Origin: a virus
Lineage: Duplodnaviria > Caudoviricetes
IMG/VR virus record: IMGVR_UViG_3300032167_000039
Length of the DNA stretch: 64,000 nt
Strand: one strand, 5' to 3'
This document shows, piece by piece, positions 30,101 to 39,742 of the stretch. A model generated the notes under the pieces. It worked only from the letters and a program-made list of their open reading frames with translations. It did no database searches and was not told where the DNA came from. The translations under genes and the position numbers were made by a program. Positions within the stretch are counted from its first letter, which is position 1; every line of letters starts with the position of its first letter.

Positions 30101-30679
30101 ATGGATAAGTTAATGGAAAAGGTTAAAAAAGAACTTGAAAATATTGCTGAAAAAGGTTTAAGTGCTTCTAATTTAGAAACTACTTATAAACTAATTGATA
30201 TTTATAAAGATATCAAAGAAGCAGAATATTATGAGAGCGAAATTAAAGAAGAGCAAGGAGGTGACTATAGTATGCCTCAGAGAAGAGATAGTAGAGGACG
30301 CTATATGAATGATGGATATGATAGATATTATGATCCAATGATGCATGGTGGTTATGACAACAGAGGTTATGATAACAGAGGTTATGATAATAGAAGTGGC
30401 CATGGCGGCACATGGGAAGCGCAAGGAAGATACAATAACTATCCTTTCTTAGATGAGCGTTCTGAACGCTATATGGAGCGCATGATGGAAGGCATGGATG
30501 CCTATAATGAAGGTCGTGATAGATATCGCCATGGAGAGAATGATACTCGCATGATGGATGGTATTGAAATGGCCATGGCGGCAGTGTGTATGTTTGTAGA
30601 ATCAATTGCTGAATTTGCAGAAACACCAAAGGAAAAAGAAATTATTAGAAAACATCTTGAAAAAATGAAGAAAATCTAA
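30101..30679 (+). CDS. Cassette gene 5: helical termini with Arg/Gly/Tyr/Asp low-complexity core
   Basis: SD GGAGGG; RRDSRGRY motif and three GYDNR repeats. Confidence 0.8.
   Translation: MDKLMEKVKKELENIAEKGLSASNLETTYKLIDIYKDIKEAEYYESEIKEEQGGDYSMPQRRDSRGRYMNDGYDRYYDPMMHGGYDNRGYDNRGYDNRSGHGGTWEAQGRYNNYPFLDERSERYMERMMEGMDAYNEGRDRYRHGENDTRMMDGIEMAMAAVCMFVESIAEFAETPKEKEIIRKHLEKMKKI
30350..30394 (+). repeat. 3 x 15-bp tandem repeat encoding GYDNR
   Basis: ggttatgacaacaga / ggttatgataacaga / ggttatgataataga. Confidence 0.9.
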
Positions 30680-31041
30680 TGTGGGAATATTATAATGCCA
30701 ATCCTTTGGGACGCAATGTAAATGATTGCACAGTACGAGCGATATCACTTGCCACAGAAAAATCATGGGACGAAACGTATAAAATATTATCTGAATATAG
30801 TAGATTGCAGGGGATCACTTTTTCAGAAGTGGAGTTTATAAATGACTTTCTTGCTGACCGCTACGAAAGATTTTGTCCGCCGCGAAAAACGGAGACAATA
30901 AGAGATTTCATGAATATGAAGCTTGACGGAAGATGGCTGATAACGATGCGCGGACATATTACTTGTGTAGTTGATGGGATTTTATACGATACTTTTGATT
31001 GTTCAGAAAATTTTATATGGTGTATTTACAAAGTAAAATAA
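30679..31041 (+). CDS. Cassette gene 6: putative papain-like (Cys-His-Asp) peptidase
   Basis: TAATG coupling. NDCTVRAIS..GHITCVVDG.LYDTFD gives the C-H-D order seen in C39-like folds. Confidence 0.6.
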   Translation: MWEYYNANPLGRNVNDCTVRAISLATEKSWDETYKILSEYSRLQGITFSEVEFINDFLADRYERFCPPRKTETIRDFMNMKLDGRWLITMRGHITCVVDGILYDTFDCSENFIWCIYKVK

Positions 31042-31068
31042 AAAGGGAGCAGACTTCTGCTCCCTTTT
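31041..31068. terminator. Bidirectional terminator at the convergent strand switch
   Basis: AAAAGGGAGCAGA-ct-TCTGCTCCCTTTT. Confidence 0.9.
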
Positions 31069-31070
31069 CT

Positions 31071-31805
31071 TTATTCAAACATAATTATTTTAGATTGATT
31101 ATGGTCGTGGACTGCCCATGCTCCAATTAGTATTGCATCTGCTTCATCTTGAGTGACACTAATATCATAAAGTTTTTTAACTTTTAATTGAGCATTTTTC
31201 TTTTTATCTGTTCTTTGTTTTCCCTTGATTTCACTGTGGGCGCGCCATGTTGCCGGCGGTACTATTTTATATACAATACCTGTTTCAAAACAATAATTTT
31301 TTAAAACACCTTGTAAGGCGGCGAGTTTTTTAAAGGTAATGACACCTTCATTCTCTTGTCCACTTACTGTTCCAAACTTTTGGAGTTGGATATCTTCAAG
31401 AACTACTAAATCTGGTTTCCATCTATCTATCATGCAGGCAACCCAAGCTTTTGTTTGAGTAATTCTTTCTGTACTATGATTTCCATTGGAACTCCATTTA
31501 CCATAAGTTACGAGCTTTTCATTGTCAAAAATAGCATATCCACTTGTAATACTAGCCTGATCAAGAGCAAGTATTCTATAACCATTTTTCTTCACTGGAG
31601 AAATAGGCACATTTTTTAATGGATTATTTTCACAAGTTAAACACTTATGGCCGCGCCGCCATTTTTCTAAAGAATAATAATTATTATGTCCTTCAGGACA
31701 CTTAAAGTGCATTTCGGTCTTTAAATTGGTATAGGTCTCTGTTAACAGAGACCATCCCGCGTCTTCAACTTCCTTTTTTATGTCTTCATATTTGAATTTT
31801 GCCAT
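31071..31805 (-). CDS. ruvC: RuvC-like Holliday junction resolvase with N-terminal Zn ribbon
   Basis: ILALDQA..SGYAIF, VVLEDIQ and DEADAI acidic motifs; N-terminal CPEGH..CLTC. Confidence 0.8.
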   Translation of the reverse strand: MAKFKYEDIKKEVEDAGWSLLTETYTNLKTEMHFKCPEGHNNYYSLEKWRRGHKCLTCENNPLKNVPISPVKKNGYRILALDQASITSGYAIFDNEKLVTYGKWSSNGNHSTERITQTKAWVACMIDRWKPDLVVLEDIQLQKFGTVSGQENEGVITFKKLAALQGVLKNYCFETGIVYKIVPPATWRAHSEIKGKQRTDKKKNAQLKVKKLYDISVTQDEADAILIGAWAVHDHNQSKIIMFE

Positions 31806-31810
31806 TTACA

Positions 31811-32596
31811 TCATTCCTGGTCTGTAGAACCAAATCCGCCTTCACCACGATCTGTATTATCAAGCTCATTTGTTTCGATCCAGTTAATCATTGGTACTGG
31901 CATAATAACCATCTGTGCAACTTTATCTCCTTTAGAAATATTATAAGTAAGATTTCCAGTATTTTCCATAATTACACAAACTTCTCCACGGTAGCCGGCA
32001 TCAATAGTGCCAGGAGTATTTGCAACTCTCATAGCAGTCTTAAGGCTCATGCCACTACGAGGTCTAATCTGAATTTCATAACCAGTAGGAATTGCTACCT
32101 TTAAACCAGTTCTAACAAGAACTGTAGTATGAGGTTTAACCGCCATATCTTCAATCGCATAAATATCTGCACCGGCGTCTGTTGTATGTGCATATTCTGG
32201 AATAACTGCATCTTCATGAATCTTCTGTACCTTAACATCAATCAATTCTCTTGGAATCTTTACTACAGAGGAAATAAGAGAAGCAGACTGGGAAAGAATA
32301 CCAGTAAGAATATCTTTCTTATTTGCAGACAGCGAATCATCTTGATTAATTTCTGCAATCATTTTTTCTACTCCTTCAAGCTCTCCCTGAAGGTTTTCAA
32401 CAGGGGATAAAGCAAGTTGAGCAAGAATTTCTTTTCTTACAGCATTTGATCCAAATGCCTTTTCCAATTCTTTCTTCATTTTTGGATAAACTGCATTAAA
32501 TTGATTATCGGGTAACTCCAAAAGCTGAATAAGCTGCTCCATTGTCTGATCAGTTCCGGGCATTTCTGTTAGTGTTTTCTTTAAATTACTATTCAT
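31811..32596 (-). CDS. dut: dUTPase with N-terminal extension
   Basis: AGADI, IRPRSG, GTIDAGYRGE, AQMV and RGEGGFGST motifs. Confidence 0.95.
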   Translation of the reverse strand: MNSNLKKTLTEMPGTDQTMEQLIQLLELPDNQFNAVYPKMKKELEKAFGSNAVRKEILAQLALSPVENLQGELEGVEKMIAEINQDDSLSANKKDILTGILSQSASLISSVVKIPRELIDVKVQKIHEDAVIPEYAHTTDAGADIYAIEDMAVKPHTTVLVRTGLKVAIPTGYEIQIRPRSGMSLKTAMRVANTPGTIDAGYRGEVCVIMENTGNLTYNISKGDKVAQMVIMPVPMINWIETNELDNTDRGEGGFGSTDQE

Positions 32597-32611
32597 TATT
32601 TTCTTTCCTCC

Positions 32612-33334
32612 TTAAACTAATTCCTCTATAATTTCATCAATTACCCCATATTTAAGAGCCTCTTCTGCTGTCATCCATAAGTCATCCTTTCTATGCTTCT
32701 TATAATCATCTTCAGTAAGTCTTGTTTGCTTTAAAGTAATTTTGCGAAGCATTGAAAGCTGCTTTTCATAAAACTTAACGCCCTGAAGGAACTTGTGCGC
32801 ATCTCCACCGTCTTGTGCGCAACCTTCATGGAACAAATAAGATGAATGAGGATAACCATATCTTTTATGACCAGCACTTCCGATAAAGAATGCTCCACTA
32901 TATCCTCTTCCAATTGTAACTGTCCACACAGGCGTCTTTGACATTCTAATAGAGTCAATAATGCTAAAAGTTGCATTAATATCGCCACCGGGGCAATCAA
33001 TATAAATCTTAATTGGCTTTCTTTCTTCTACGGGAACTTCATCTATATCATCTACTGTATTCCAAAATCTAATTGCATCTGAAAAATTAATTGCGGAACC
33101 AGGCTTTATTTCATCACATAAATAAAGTGATCTTTCTAAGAAATTTAGTGTATCTACGCTCTTCTCGGGATCAATTTGACCTTCAGGACTTGTAAGCATT
33201 TCCAATACAGACTCTCCACAACAATCACAATTGTCTGTCATTTCTGTATAAAGTTCTTCTACTGCCTTCTGCACTTCCTCGAGAGGAATCGGCTTTCCAT
33301 TTTCATCTAAAAAATTAATCTGATTCTTTTCCAT
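32612..33334 (-). CDS. clpP: ClpP-family protease
   Basis: IYIDCPGG, GYSGA (Ser), FHEG (His), DLWMTAEEALKYGVIDEI (Asp). Confidence 0.9.
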   Translation of the reverse strand: MEKNQINFLDENGKPIPLEEVQKAVEELYTEMTDNCDCCGESVLEMLTSPEGQIDPEKSVDTLNFLERSLYLCDEIKPGSAINFSDAIRFWNTVDDIDEVPVEERKPIKIYIDCPGGDINATFSIIDSIRMSKTPVWTVTIGRGYSGAFFIGSAGHKRYGYPHSSYLFHEGCAQDGGDAHKFLQGVKFYEKQLSMLRKITLKQTRLTEDDYKKHRKDDLWMTAEEALKYGVIDEIIEELV

Positions 33335-33491
33335 TGTTTGTATCCTCCAATGATGCGATTTCTGCTTTAATATTTGAAATTTCTGTCATTAGCTCACTAA
33401 TATTGGGATTTAAGATAAAGGTTTGTAAGCTTTTTGACAATTCAGTTTCTTTTTCTTTTAATTGAAATTTTAAAGTTTCTAATCTGGTCAT
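33315..33491 (-). CDS. Small coiled-coil protein, 58 aa (MTRLETLKFQLKEKE...), not in the ORF track
   Basis: SD AAGGAGGG; first gene after the promoter at 33516-33544; overlaps the clpP start. Confidence 0.7.
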   Translation of the reverse strand: MTRLETLKFQLKEKETELSKSLQTFILNPNISELMTEISNIKAEIASLEDTNNGKESD

Positions 33492-33515
33492 CTTTATCCC
33501 TCCTTTTATAATATA

Positions 33516-33544
33516 ATTATATCATAATTATTCCCAAAAGTCAA
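33516..33544 (-). promoter_or_regulatory. sigmaA-type promoter
   Basis: TTGACT-17-TATAAT with extended TG; the -35 lies in the last codons of the upstream gene. Confidence 0.85.
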
Positions 33545-34520
33545 TGGAACGAGTGTCCAAAGTTTTGGGATTTTGTTTTAAAAGAAGACGAAGATTTCTT
33601 TTGGATGCAACCATATCCTCAAGTGTCGATATATCTTTATTCTTTCCATAGAATTCATAGAAGGACTCTTGCCCTTTACTTCTACTCCAATTAAAAATAT
33701 CTTCCCATAAACTAAACAAAGGAATAGCTCGTAAATCAATTTGATTAAATTTTTGATGAGTTAATTGTATTCTTTTTCCATCATGCTTAGCAATAAGAAT
33801 CATTTTTACAATTCGTTGAAGATAGACACTTGGATTCATATCAGATTTCCTTGGCTCGGCGGCGAAAAATATATTTTCATAATAATAATTTTCAAAGAAA
33901 TCTTTTGAGAATTCAAAATTTACGATCATTCGTTTATCACTTATATTAGTGATAGGGAAAAATTTTCTAAATGTTTCTTCGTCTTTTGCAATTAAAGGAT
34001 GTAGAAATCTTATATTATAATCTTTCTTATATTCCTTTACAAAATCTTCTGCATTCGGTACATACAAAAAATTTTCGTCTACAACATAAATATAAGTACA
34101 ATTTTTTTTAAAATCTGTGAAATCATTATTCTCTATTCTTATTAAAGAATTTCTTTCTATCTGCTTAAATTGCATTAGATTTTTTATCTTTCCCTCTACC
34201 TCTCCAGTATACGGAAAATAGCTTGGTGGCATGGCGGCAATTTCTGGTTTTAATGGCGTGAATTTGCGATAAAATCCATAGCCATAAATTTGAACTTGCT
34301 CGCCACTTAGAGATAAATGTTTAGGAATGGCTTGTTTAGGATTATTTTTAAAATAAATAATTTGATTATATCTACCTAAGTTATTTTCTTTTGGCATTCC
34401 CATTTTTACAATATCACCACGCTGATAATGGTAATTAAAAACTTTCATAAGTTCGAGGTTCGGAGGTTCAAACTTCTTGCTATGAAGAAGATCTATATCA
34501 TATAAATAAATACTTGCCAT
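33528..34520 (-). CDS. Hypothetical protein (N-terminus resembles phage radical-SAM-associated proteins; no CxxxCxxC)
   Basis: LYDIDL..PPNLELMK..YH...GDIV N-terminal motif; translationally coupled to dnaE. Confidence 0.55.
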   Translation of the reverse strand: MASIYLYDIDLLHSKKFEPPNLELMKVFNYHYQRGDIVKMGMPKENNLGRYNQIIYFKNNPKQAIPKHLSLSGEQVQIYGYGFYRKFTPLKPEIAAMPPSYFPYTGEVEGKIKNLMQFKQIERNSLIRIENNDFTDFKKNCTYIYVVDENFLYVPNAEDFVKEYKKDYNIRFLHPLIAKDEETFRKFFPITNISDKRMIVNFEFSKDFFENYYYENIFFAAEPRKSDMNPSVYLQRIVKMILIAKHDGKRIQLTHQKFNQIDLRAIPLFSLWEDIFNWSRSKGQESFYEFYGKNKDISTLEDMVASKRNLRLLLKQNPKTLDTRSIDFWE

Positions 34521-37500
34521 TAATCTACCTCCGTACGTTCTGTTTGGTTTTCTGTGATAAATCCATTGTCACTCATTTCAATAATTTTTTCAAAGAGCGG
34601 CCATTCAGTATTCTTATATTTTTTAGGAATGAAATTGTCGTCTCTTCTGATACCAGTAATAATCAATTTATTACCTCTCTGAAAAAAGCTCTTTTCTACT
34701 ACTGTCTTTGTTCCATCAGGATTTTTTCTTGCAATCTGTCTGTCCCAAATTGCATACTGATTTTTCCAAACCTTTACAGTTACAACACCATCTGGAGTAA
34801 GTAGAATTACACTACTTTTATTTTTATCCTTATCAATAACTGTTCCTGCAATACGAGAGATTTTATACATATTAATCTTTTTATCATCCTTTTCAAAAGA
34901 ACGCTCAATTTCAGGCTCTTCTGATAAATCAAAGAAATTAACAATATCATAAACTTCGTTCTTTAAATTTTTAAGCTCGTGTTCATGATAATAGAAGCCT
35001 AAAGAGTCCATTTCCCACTTACTAATACTTCCTTCTGTATATTTTTCTGCAACCAATTCTACAAGTTTTGCATTGAGTGTATTCAGAATTTCTTGCTGAT
35101 TTTTCTTCATCCAATCTCTAACTGGATCCATAGCTTTCTTATAAGTATTATCCCAAGTAGACTGAGAAATTAATGCTGTTTGTTCATCACCATTTACAAC
35201 AACATTTTTTAACACACTATCGTCATAATTTTCTGTGAAGAATCTCATGGCAATTGAGTCAAGTCGATAATCAGAACCTTCCTTAAACTTTTTTATATAC
35301 TTATTGAAATTAAATACTTTAACTTCAAAAGAGTATTCTTCTGGGATTAAATCAAGTTCAATTAATTTCTGCATATTTTGTAAAGTAATTCTCTTCTTCT
35401 TATCTGCAATCAGCTCAAGATAATCATTCATCGCCGCCTCACGATTACCGCACAACGAGTCAAATGCTCCAGATTTAATCAGTGCAATCATCTGTGTTTT
35501 ATTAACCTTAATTTTTCCTAAGAAATCTTCAATTGAAGTATAAGGTCTCTTTGAAATAATATCATAAACAAGTTGTGTACCAATTCTTGTAATACCCTTC
35601 AATCCATATACAATAGAATTTTGTTCAAGGTCGGGCGCAAAGATTAAAGAAGAACGATTAATATCTGGCGGCAATACTGAAATGCCCTTTTTCTGCGTTT
35701 CTCCAATTGCCGTACTAATCTTACCATAGTTTACACTCTTATTTTTCTTCTTTTCAGTTTCTTCTTCATCATCATCTACATCATCTGCATCCATAAGTTC
35801 TGCACCGCCGGCGTTTACAATAAGACAAGCACAATTCCAAAATACCTCTGGGAAATTTGTTGCAAGATAAAGAGTTTGAATACCTACGAAACTATATGCA
35901 AGAGCATGAGGTTTTGCAAATGCATATGACATCTGTGGCTCCATGACTGTTTCCCATACATATTCTCCAAGCACTCTATTTGGACACTGAGAAATAAACT
36001 TCTCTTTAAGCTCTGGAACTTTCTTAACCTGCTTTTTAGCCACAATCTTTCTTGCCATATTTGCTTCAGCAAGAGTAAAATGAGCAATATTCTTATCCAT
36101 ACATACTTCCATAAGATCCTCTTGGCTACAGGGCGTTCCGAAGTTGGGAAGATAATATGGTTCAAGAATTTTAATTTCTTCTTCAGATAATCCTCTATTT
36201 CTTACCTCTCTATACCATAATTGCATATCATTCTTAAGGCGGCAATATCTATCCATAGGACGCTCTTTGCCTTTTTCGCCCATAAGACGCATAAGAGCAT
36301 TAGCAGAAGTTAACTGAACAGGATCTCTTGGTTTAATTTGTTTTGCAGTTGCCAATCCTACACCAGTGCTAAACTGGAATACATCCATTACTGTACCATT
36401 TCCAAGCGCATCCCACATACGATTATCTTCAAGGTTTAATACAGCTGGATGGAGATATTGGTCATAAACCTGTCTCAACCCTAAATCTCTTTCAAAAAAT
36501 CCATCTTTCTGTAACATATCAATGCAAATAGTAATTTTATCGCAAATTTCAGTAACGAGGAAGTCATATTTTACGTCGCCGCACTGCTCGCTCATATGAA
36601 GATCAAACTGTGTAGTCAAATCTCCATTAGGACTTCTCATTAATGCATTAGTGTCATAAGGAGAATTATTATAAAGAATTACACCAGAAGCATGCTGTCC
36701 TCTTTTGCAAATAAGTCCTTCAATGGATTGAATAATCTTTAACAGTCCCGGATACTTACTTACTTCCTTTATAAAAGTTTCATTGGGATTTCTATCTTTC
36801 TCCTCATTACCATAAACTACATCATGAATTGACCACAGGAAACCTCTTTCCATTGGAATAAGACCACTTAAAAACTGAGCTGTTTCTACTTCAATACCAT
36901 CAGGATATTCTTCACTTCTATAACCACGACATGCAGCGGCAATAGCTGAACGAGTTCCTTCTGTACCAAAAGTACAAACTTGTACACAATTAAGTTCTCC
37001 TCTTTCTTTACGAATTGCTTCAAAGATTTTTTTACGCTTTGAGGGGGTTAAATCAGTGTCGATATCAGGGAGCTCCACTCGATCCTCATTTAAAAATCTC
37101 CAGTAAGGAAGATTCCAAACCACTGGGTCAAGCTGTGTAATACCTAAAAGATAATTAGATAAGAAACATACTGCGGAACCTCTTCCAGGCCCTACAAGAG
37201 AACCGCATTCCCAGAACAAATCAATGAAGTGCTGGAAAGTATTAAAGTATTTAAACAAACAATCTCCAAGTTTTTCTCCAATTGTTTTAATTACTCTTGC
37301 TTCGGTTTCGAGTCTTTCAAGATAAGTAAAATTAGAAAGATTTTTTCTTGTTAAAGCAAGTAGACATTCATTTACCCAATATCTCTCCTGAATTTCATTA
37401 CTGCTTCTAAGTGAAAATAATGTCGGATATTCTGACAATGAATTATCAATTTGAGGATAATAATCTTTTACTTTTACTTCTGGGATAATTGGATTTCTAA

Positions 37501-38428
37501 AGATATCATAACTTTCAATTTTATTATAAATCTCCATAGAATTTTCACAAAATCCCTTGAAATCCTCCTCAGAATAAATATCTGAAATATATCCATATGC
37601 CTCTTCATTATCCATCATATGAGCAAAATAATAGAAGTTATCTACTTCTCGTTCGCCTTCTTTTGAATTAAGATAAGCCTTATGAAGCTCTCTTTCATTG
37701 GCTGTAAGATAATGTGCGTCAGAACCAATTACAATTTTAATTCCCTGAGATTCTGCAATCGATTTAATTCTCTGATTAAATACTTTTTGATCTTTTGAGT
37801 CTGCGGCGGCAATTTCAATATAAAAGTCATCGCCAAATAAACCAACACAATATCTTAAAAATGCAATAATTTCAAGTTTAATATTAAGAACTTCTTCTTC
37901 ACTTAAACCTTTCTTCTCAGCATCTACAAGCTTAGCTACTAAATGAGGAAGTTCGCCGCCAAGACAGGCACTTGTTGCAATCAAAGTATTGGGATATTTT
38001 TTTACGATTTCTGCAAGTTCATCTTTTTGAGTGGGAACTCTCATAAGTCCTTTAGATGAAAAACCATTATACCAAGCAATTGAACTCAGCTCTCTTAAGG
38101 CTCTATGTCCTTGGGTGTTTTTCGCCACTAAGATGAAATGCCAATAACGTTGAATGTTATTTCTATCATCAACAAGATAAATTTCATTACCACAAGCACA
38201 TTTAAAATCTTCTGGAATCTTGCCCGCTTTCTTCAATTCTTTTTCTGTGTTAAGCCATTTTACATGACCAGATACGGTTTCATGATCTGTTAAAGCAATA
38301 CCTTTCATACCTAATTTATGTGCTGTTAAAATCATATCCTCTGCTCTGTTGATGCTGTCGATAAGTCGCAAGTTTGAAAATTCACTGTGAGAATGATTAT
38401 CAAATCTTGGTAAATTTTTAATATCCAT
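34520..38428 (-). CDS. dnaE: DNA polymerase III alpha subunit
   Basis: PHP domain (HSHSEFS, ALTDHE, SDAHY), GPGRGSA, LPDIDTD, HASGV, SYAFAKPHALAYS and a C-terminal OB fold. Confidence 0.97.
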   Translation of the reverse strand: MDIKNLPRFDNHSHSEFSNLRLIDSINRAEDMILTAHKLGMKGIALTDHETVSGHVKWLNTEKELKKAGKIPEDFKCACGNEIYLVDDRNNIQRYWHFILVAKNTQGHRALRELSSIAWYNGFSSKGLMRVPTQKDELAEIVKKYPNTLIATSACLGGELPHLVAKLVDAEKKGLSEEEVLNIKLEIIAFLRYCVGLFGDDFYIEIAAADSKDQKVFNQRIKSIAESQGIKIVIGSDAHYLTANERELHKAYLNSKEGEREVDNFYYFAHMMDNEEAYGYISDIYSEEDFKGFCENSMEIYNKIESYDIFRNPIIPEVKVKDYYPQIDNSLSEYPTLFSLRSSNEIQERYWVNECLLALTRKNLSNFTYLERLETEARVIKTIGEKLGDCLFKYFNTFQHFIDLFWECGSLVGPGRGSAVCFLSNYLLGITQLDPVVWNLPYWRFLNEDRVELPDIDTDLTPSKRKKIFEAIRKERGELNCVQVCTFGTEGTRSAIAAACRGYRSEEYPDGIEVETAQFLSGLIPMERGFLWSIHDVVYGNEEKDRNPNETFIKEVSKYPGLLKIIQSIEGLICKRGQHASGVILYNNSPYDTNALMRSPNGDLTTQFDLHMSEQCGDVKYDFLVTEICDKITICIDMLQKDGFFERDLGLRQVYDQYLHPAVLNLEDNRMWDALGNGTVMDVFQFSTGVGLATAKQIKPRDPVQLTSANALMRLMGEKGKERPMDRYCRLKNDMQLWYREVRNRGLSEEEIKILEPYYLPNFGTPCSQEDLMEVCMDKNIAHFTLAEANMARKIVAKKQVKKVPELKEKFISQCPNRVLGEYVWETVMEPQMSYAFAKPHALAYSFVGIQTLYLATNFPEVFWNCACLIVNAGGAELMDADDVDDDEEETEKKKNKSVNYGKISTAIGETQKKGISVLPPDINRSSLIFAPDLEQNSIVYGLKGITRIGTQLVYDIISKRPYTSIEDFLGKIKVNKTQMIALIKSGAFDSLCGNREAAMNDYLELIADKKKRITLQNMQKLIELDLIPEEYSFEVKVFNFNKYIKKFKEGSDYRLDSIAMRFFTENYDDSVLKNVVVNGDEQTALISQSTWDNTYKKAMDPVRDWMKKNQQEILNTLNAKLVELVAEKYTEGSISKWEMDSLGFYYHEHELKNLKNEVYDIVNFFDLSEEPEIERSFEKDDKKINMYKISRIAGTVIDKDKNKSSVILLTPDGVVTVKVWKNQYAIWDRQIARKNPDGTKTVVEKSFFQRGNKLIITGIRRDDNFIPKKYKNTEWPLFEKIIEMSDNGFITENQTERTEVD

Positions 38429-38492
38429 AATATCACTCCTTCTAAGAAAACTGTAGAGTATTTATTACATAAGTTTTCCTTTTTATATTAAT

Positions 38493-38520
38493 ATTATATC
38501 ATAATTCATGAAAAAGTCAA
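38493..38520 (-). promoter_or_regulatory. sigmaA-type promoter for dnaE
   Basis: TTGACT-16-TATAAT with TG. Confidence 0.8.
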
Positions 38521-38522
38521 AG

Positions 38523-39656
38523 TTATTTATCACTTTTTTTTCGATTACATTTCCAACACAATGTTTCTAAGTTTTCTGGTACAGAAGGACCCCATTTGGA
38601 AACTGGATGGATATGATCTACCTCTAATAATAAATTAGGTTCTTTCTTTATAGAGTTTCCGCACTTCTTACAGGTATAATCATCTCTAAATAAAATCCAT
38701 TGTCTTAGAGTTTTTCCATCTTTATAGATTCGATTCATTTTATTTCTTTCTTCTTTAATGAAATTCTGCGTTGCACCATTAGTAGTTGAAGTTGAAGTTA
38801 GTTTCTGTGTGGATAGAGGGGTAATTAAAGATAATTCCGACTCCAGTTTATTTTTAATATTTTCCTTTACTTCAGAAATCTTTTCTAAATAATTTTTTAT
38901 ATTTTTATCATATTCTTCCTGACAAGATAAAAGAAGAAAATCCAATCTTTTTAGTTCTTCTTCTGCTTCATCTATTTTTCTGAGGTTTAAACCAATAGAA
39001 TTCTGATATTCTAGAATATTCTTTTGATAAAATTTTATCTTTCGACTAAAAAGAAATCTAAAAATCCGTCTTTCCTGTTTTTCTATATATTCTTGTCTAT
39101 ATTTAATTGAACACTCAACATTTTTATTTTGATCTTCTAAATCTTTTTTTGTATTAAAATTTTCTTTTATTTTTCTTCTAACATATTCAAGTTCTTGCAG
39201 AGAATTATTCTTTTTCATTCCAAGAGTTTCTTCTATTTTTTGAAGCTGTGTTCTCTCCATAATAGAATATTTTTTTTCAATTTGAGATTTTAAATACCAC
39301 GAGGGGAACAAATTATGTGGAATCTTTTCAAAAATCAAGGGAATTGCATTTTTAATAATCTCATCGGTATTTGTATTAAGTTGCTCCAATACTTCATTTG
39401 TTAAAGTTAACTTCTTTTGTTTTTCTGTTTGTGTATATTTCCAATTAGAATAAAGCTTATATGAATTTCCACAATATGAAAATTTCTTTTCTACAGTTCT
39501 TTTTCCTTTAATCACTGTATAAAAAATGGTTATCTTTCTTGTTGTTTCTTCAAAAATTACTGAATTAATTTTAATTTCTTCTGTGGGCCCTTGATAGTTT
39601 TGATTTTGAGCTATTTTTACTAATCTTTCTTTTTCTGCATCGTATTTGTATGCCAT
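38523..39656 (-). CDS. Coiled-coil protein with C-terminal HNH endonuclease domain
   Basis: RDDYTCKKCG..LEVDHIHPVSKWG..NLETLCWKCNRKKS. Confidence 0.85.
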   Translation of the reverse strand: MAYKYDAEKERLVKIAQNQNYQGPTEEIKINSVIFEETTRKITIFYTVIKGKRTVEKKFSYCGNSYKLYSNWKYTQTEKQKKLTLTNEVLEQLNTNTDEIIKNAIPLIFEKIPHNLFPSWYLKSQIEKKYSIMERTQLQKIEETLGMKKNNSLQELEYVRRKIKENFNTKKDLEDQNKNVECSIKYRQEYIEKQERRIFRFLFSRKIKFYQKNILEYQNSIGLNLRKIDEAEEELKRLDFLLLSCQEEYDKNIKNYLEKISEVKENIKNKLESELSLITPLSTQKLTSTSTTNGATQNFIKEERNKMNRIYKDGKTLRQWILFRDDYTCKKCGNSIKKEPNLLLEVDHIHPVSKWGPSVPENLETLCWKCNRKKSDK

Positions 39657-39687
39657 AAATAAATGCTCCTTTCTTCTTTATATTAAT

Positions 39688-39735
39688 ATTATATCACAAT
39701 TTATAGAAAAAGTCAAGAGGGATAATCTCTTGACT
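39688..39735 (-). promoter_or_regulatory. sigmaA promoter fused to terminator hairpin
   Basis: TTGACT (39716-39711)-17-TATAAT; the -35 is the 3' arm of AGTCAAGAG..CTCTTGACT followed by a T run. Confidence 0.85.
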
Positions 39736-39742
39736 CTTCTTT

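Noticed and set aside
30350-30394. Short tandem repeat as a CRISPR or non-coding element
   Set aside because: In-frame coding repeat (GYDNR) with synonymous variation and no spacers.
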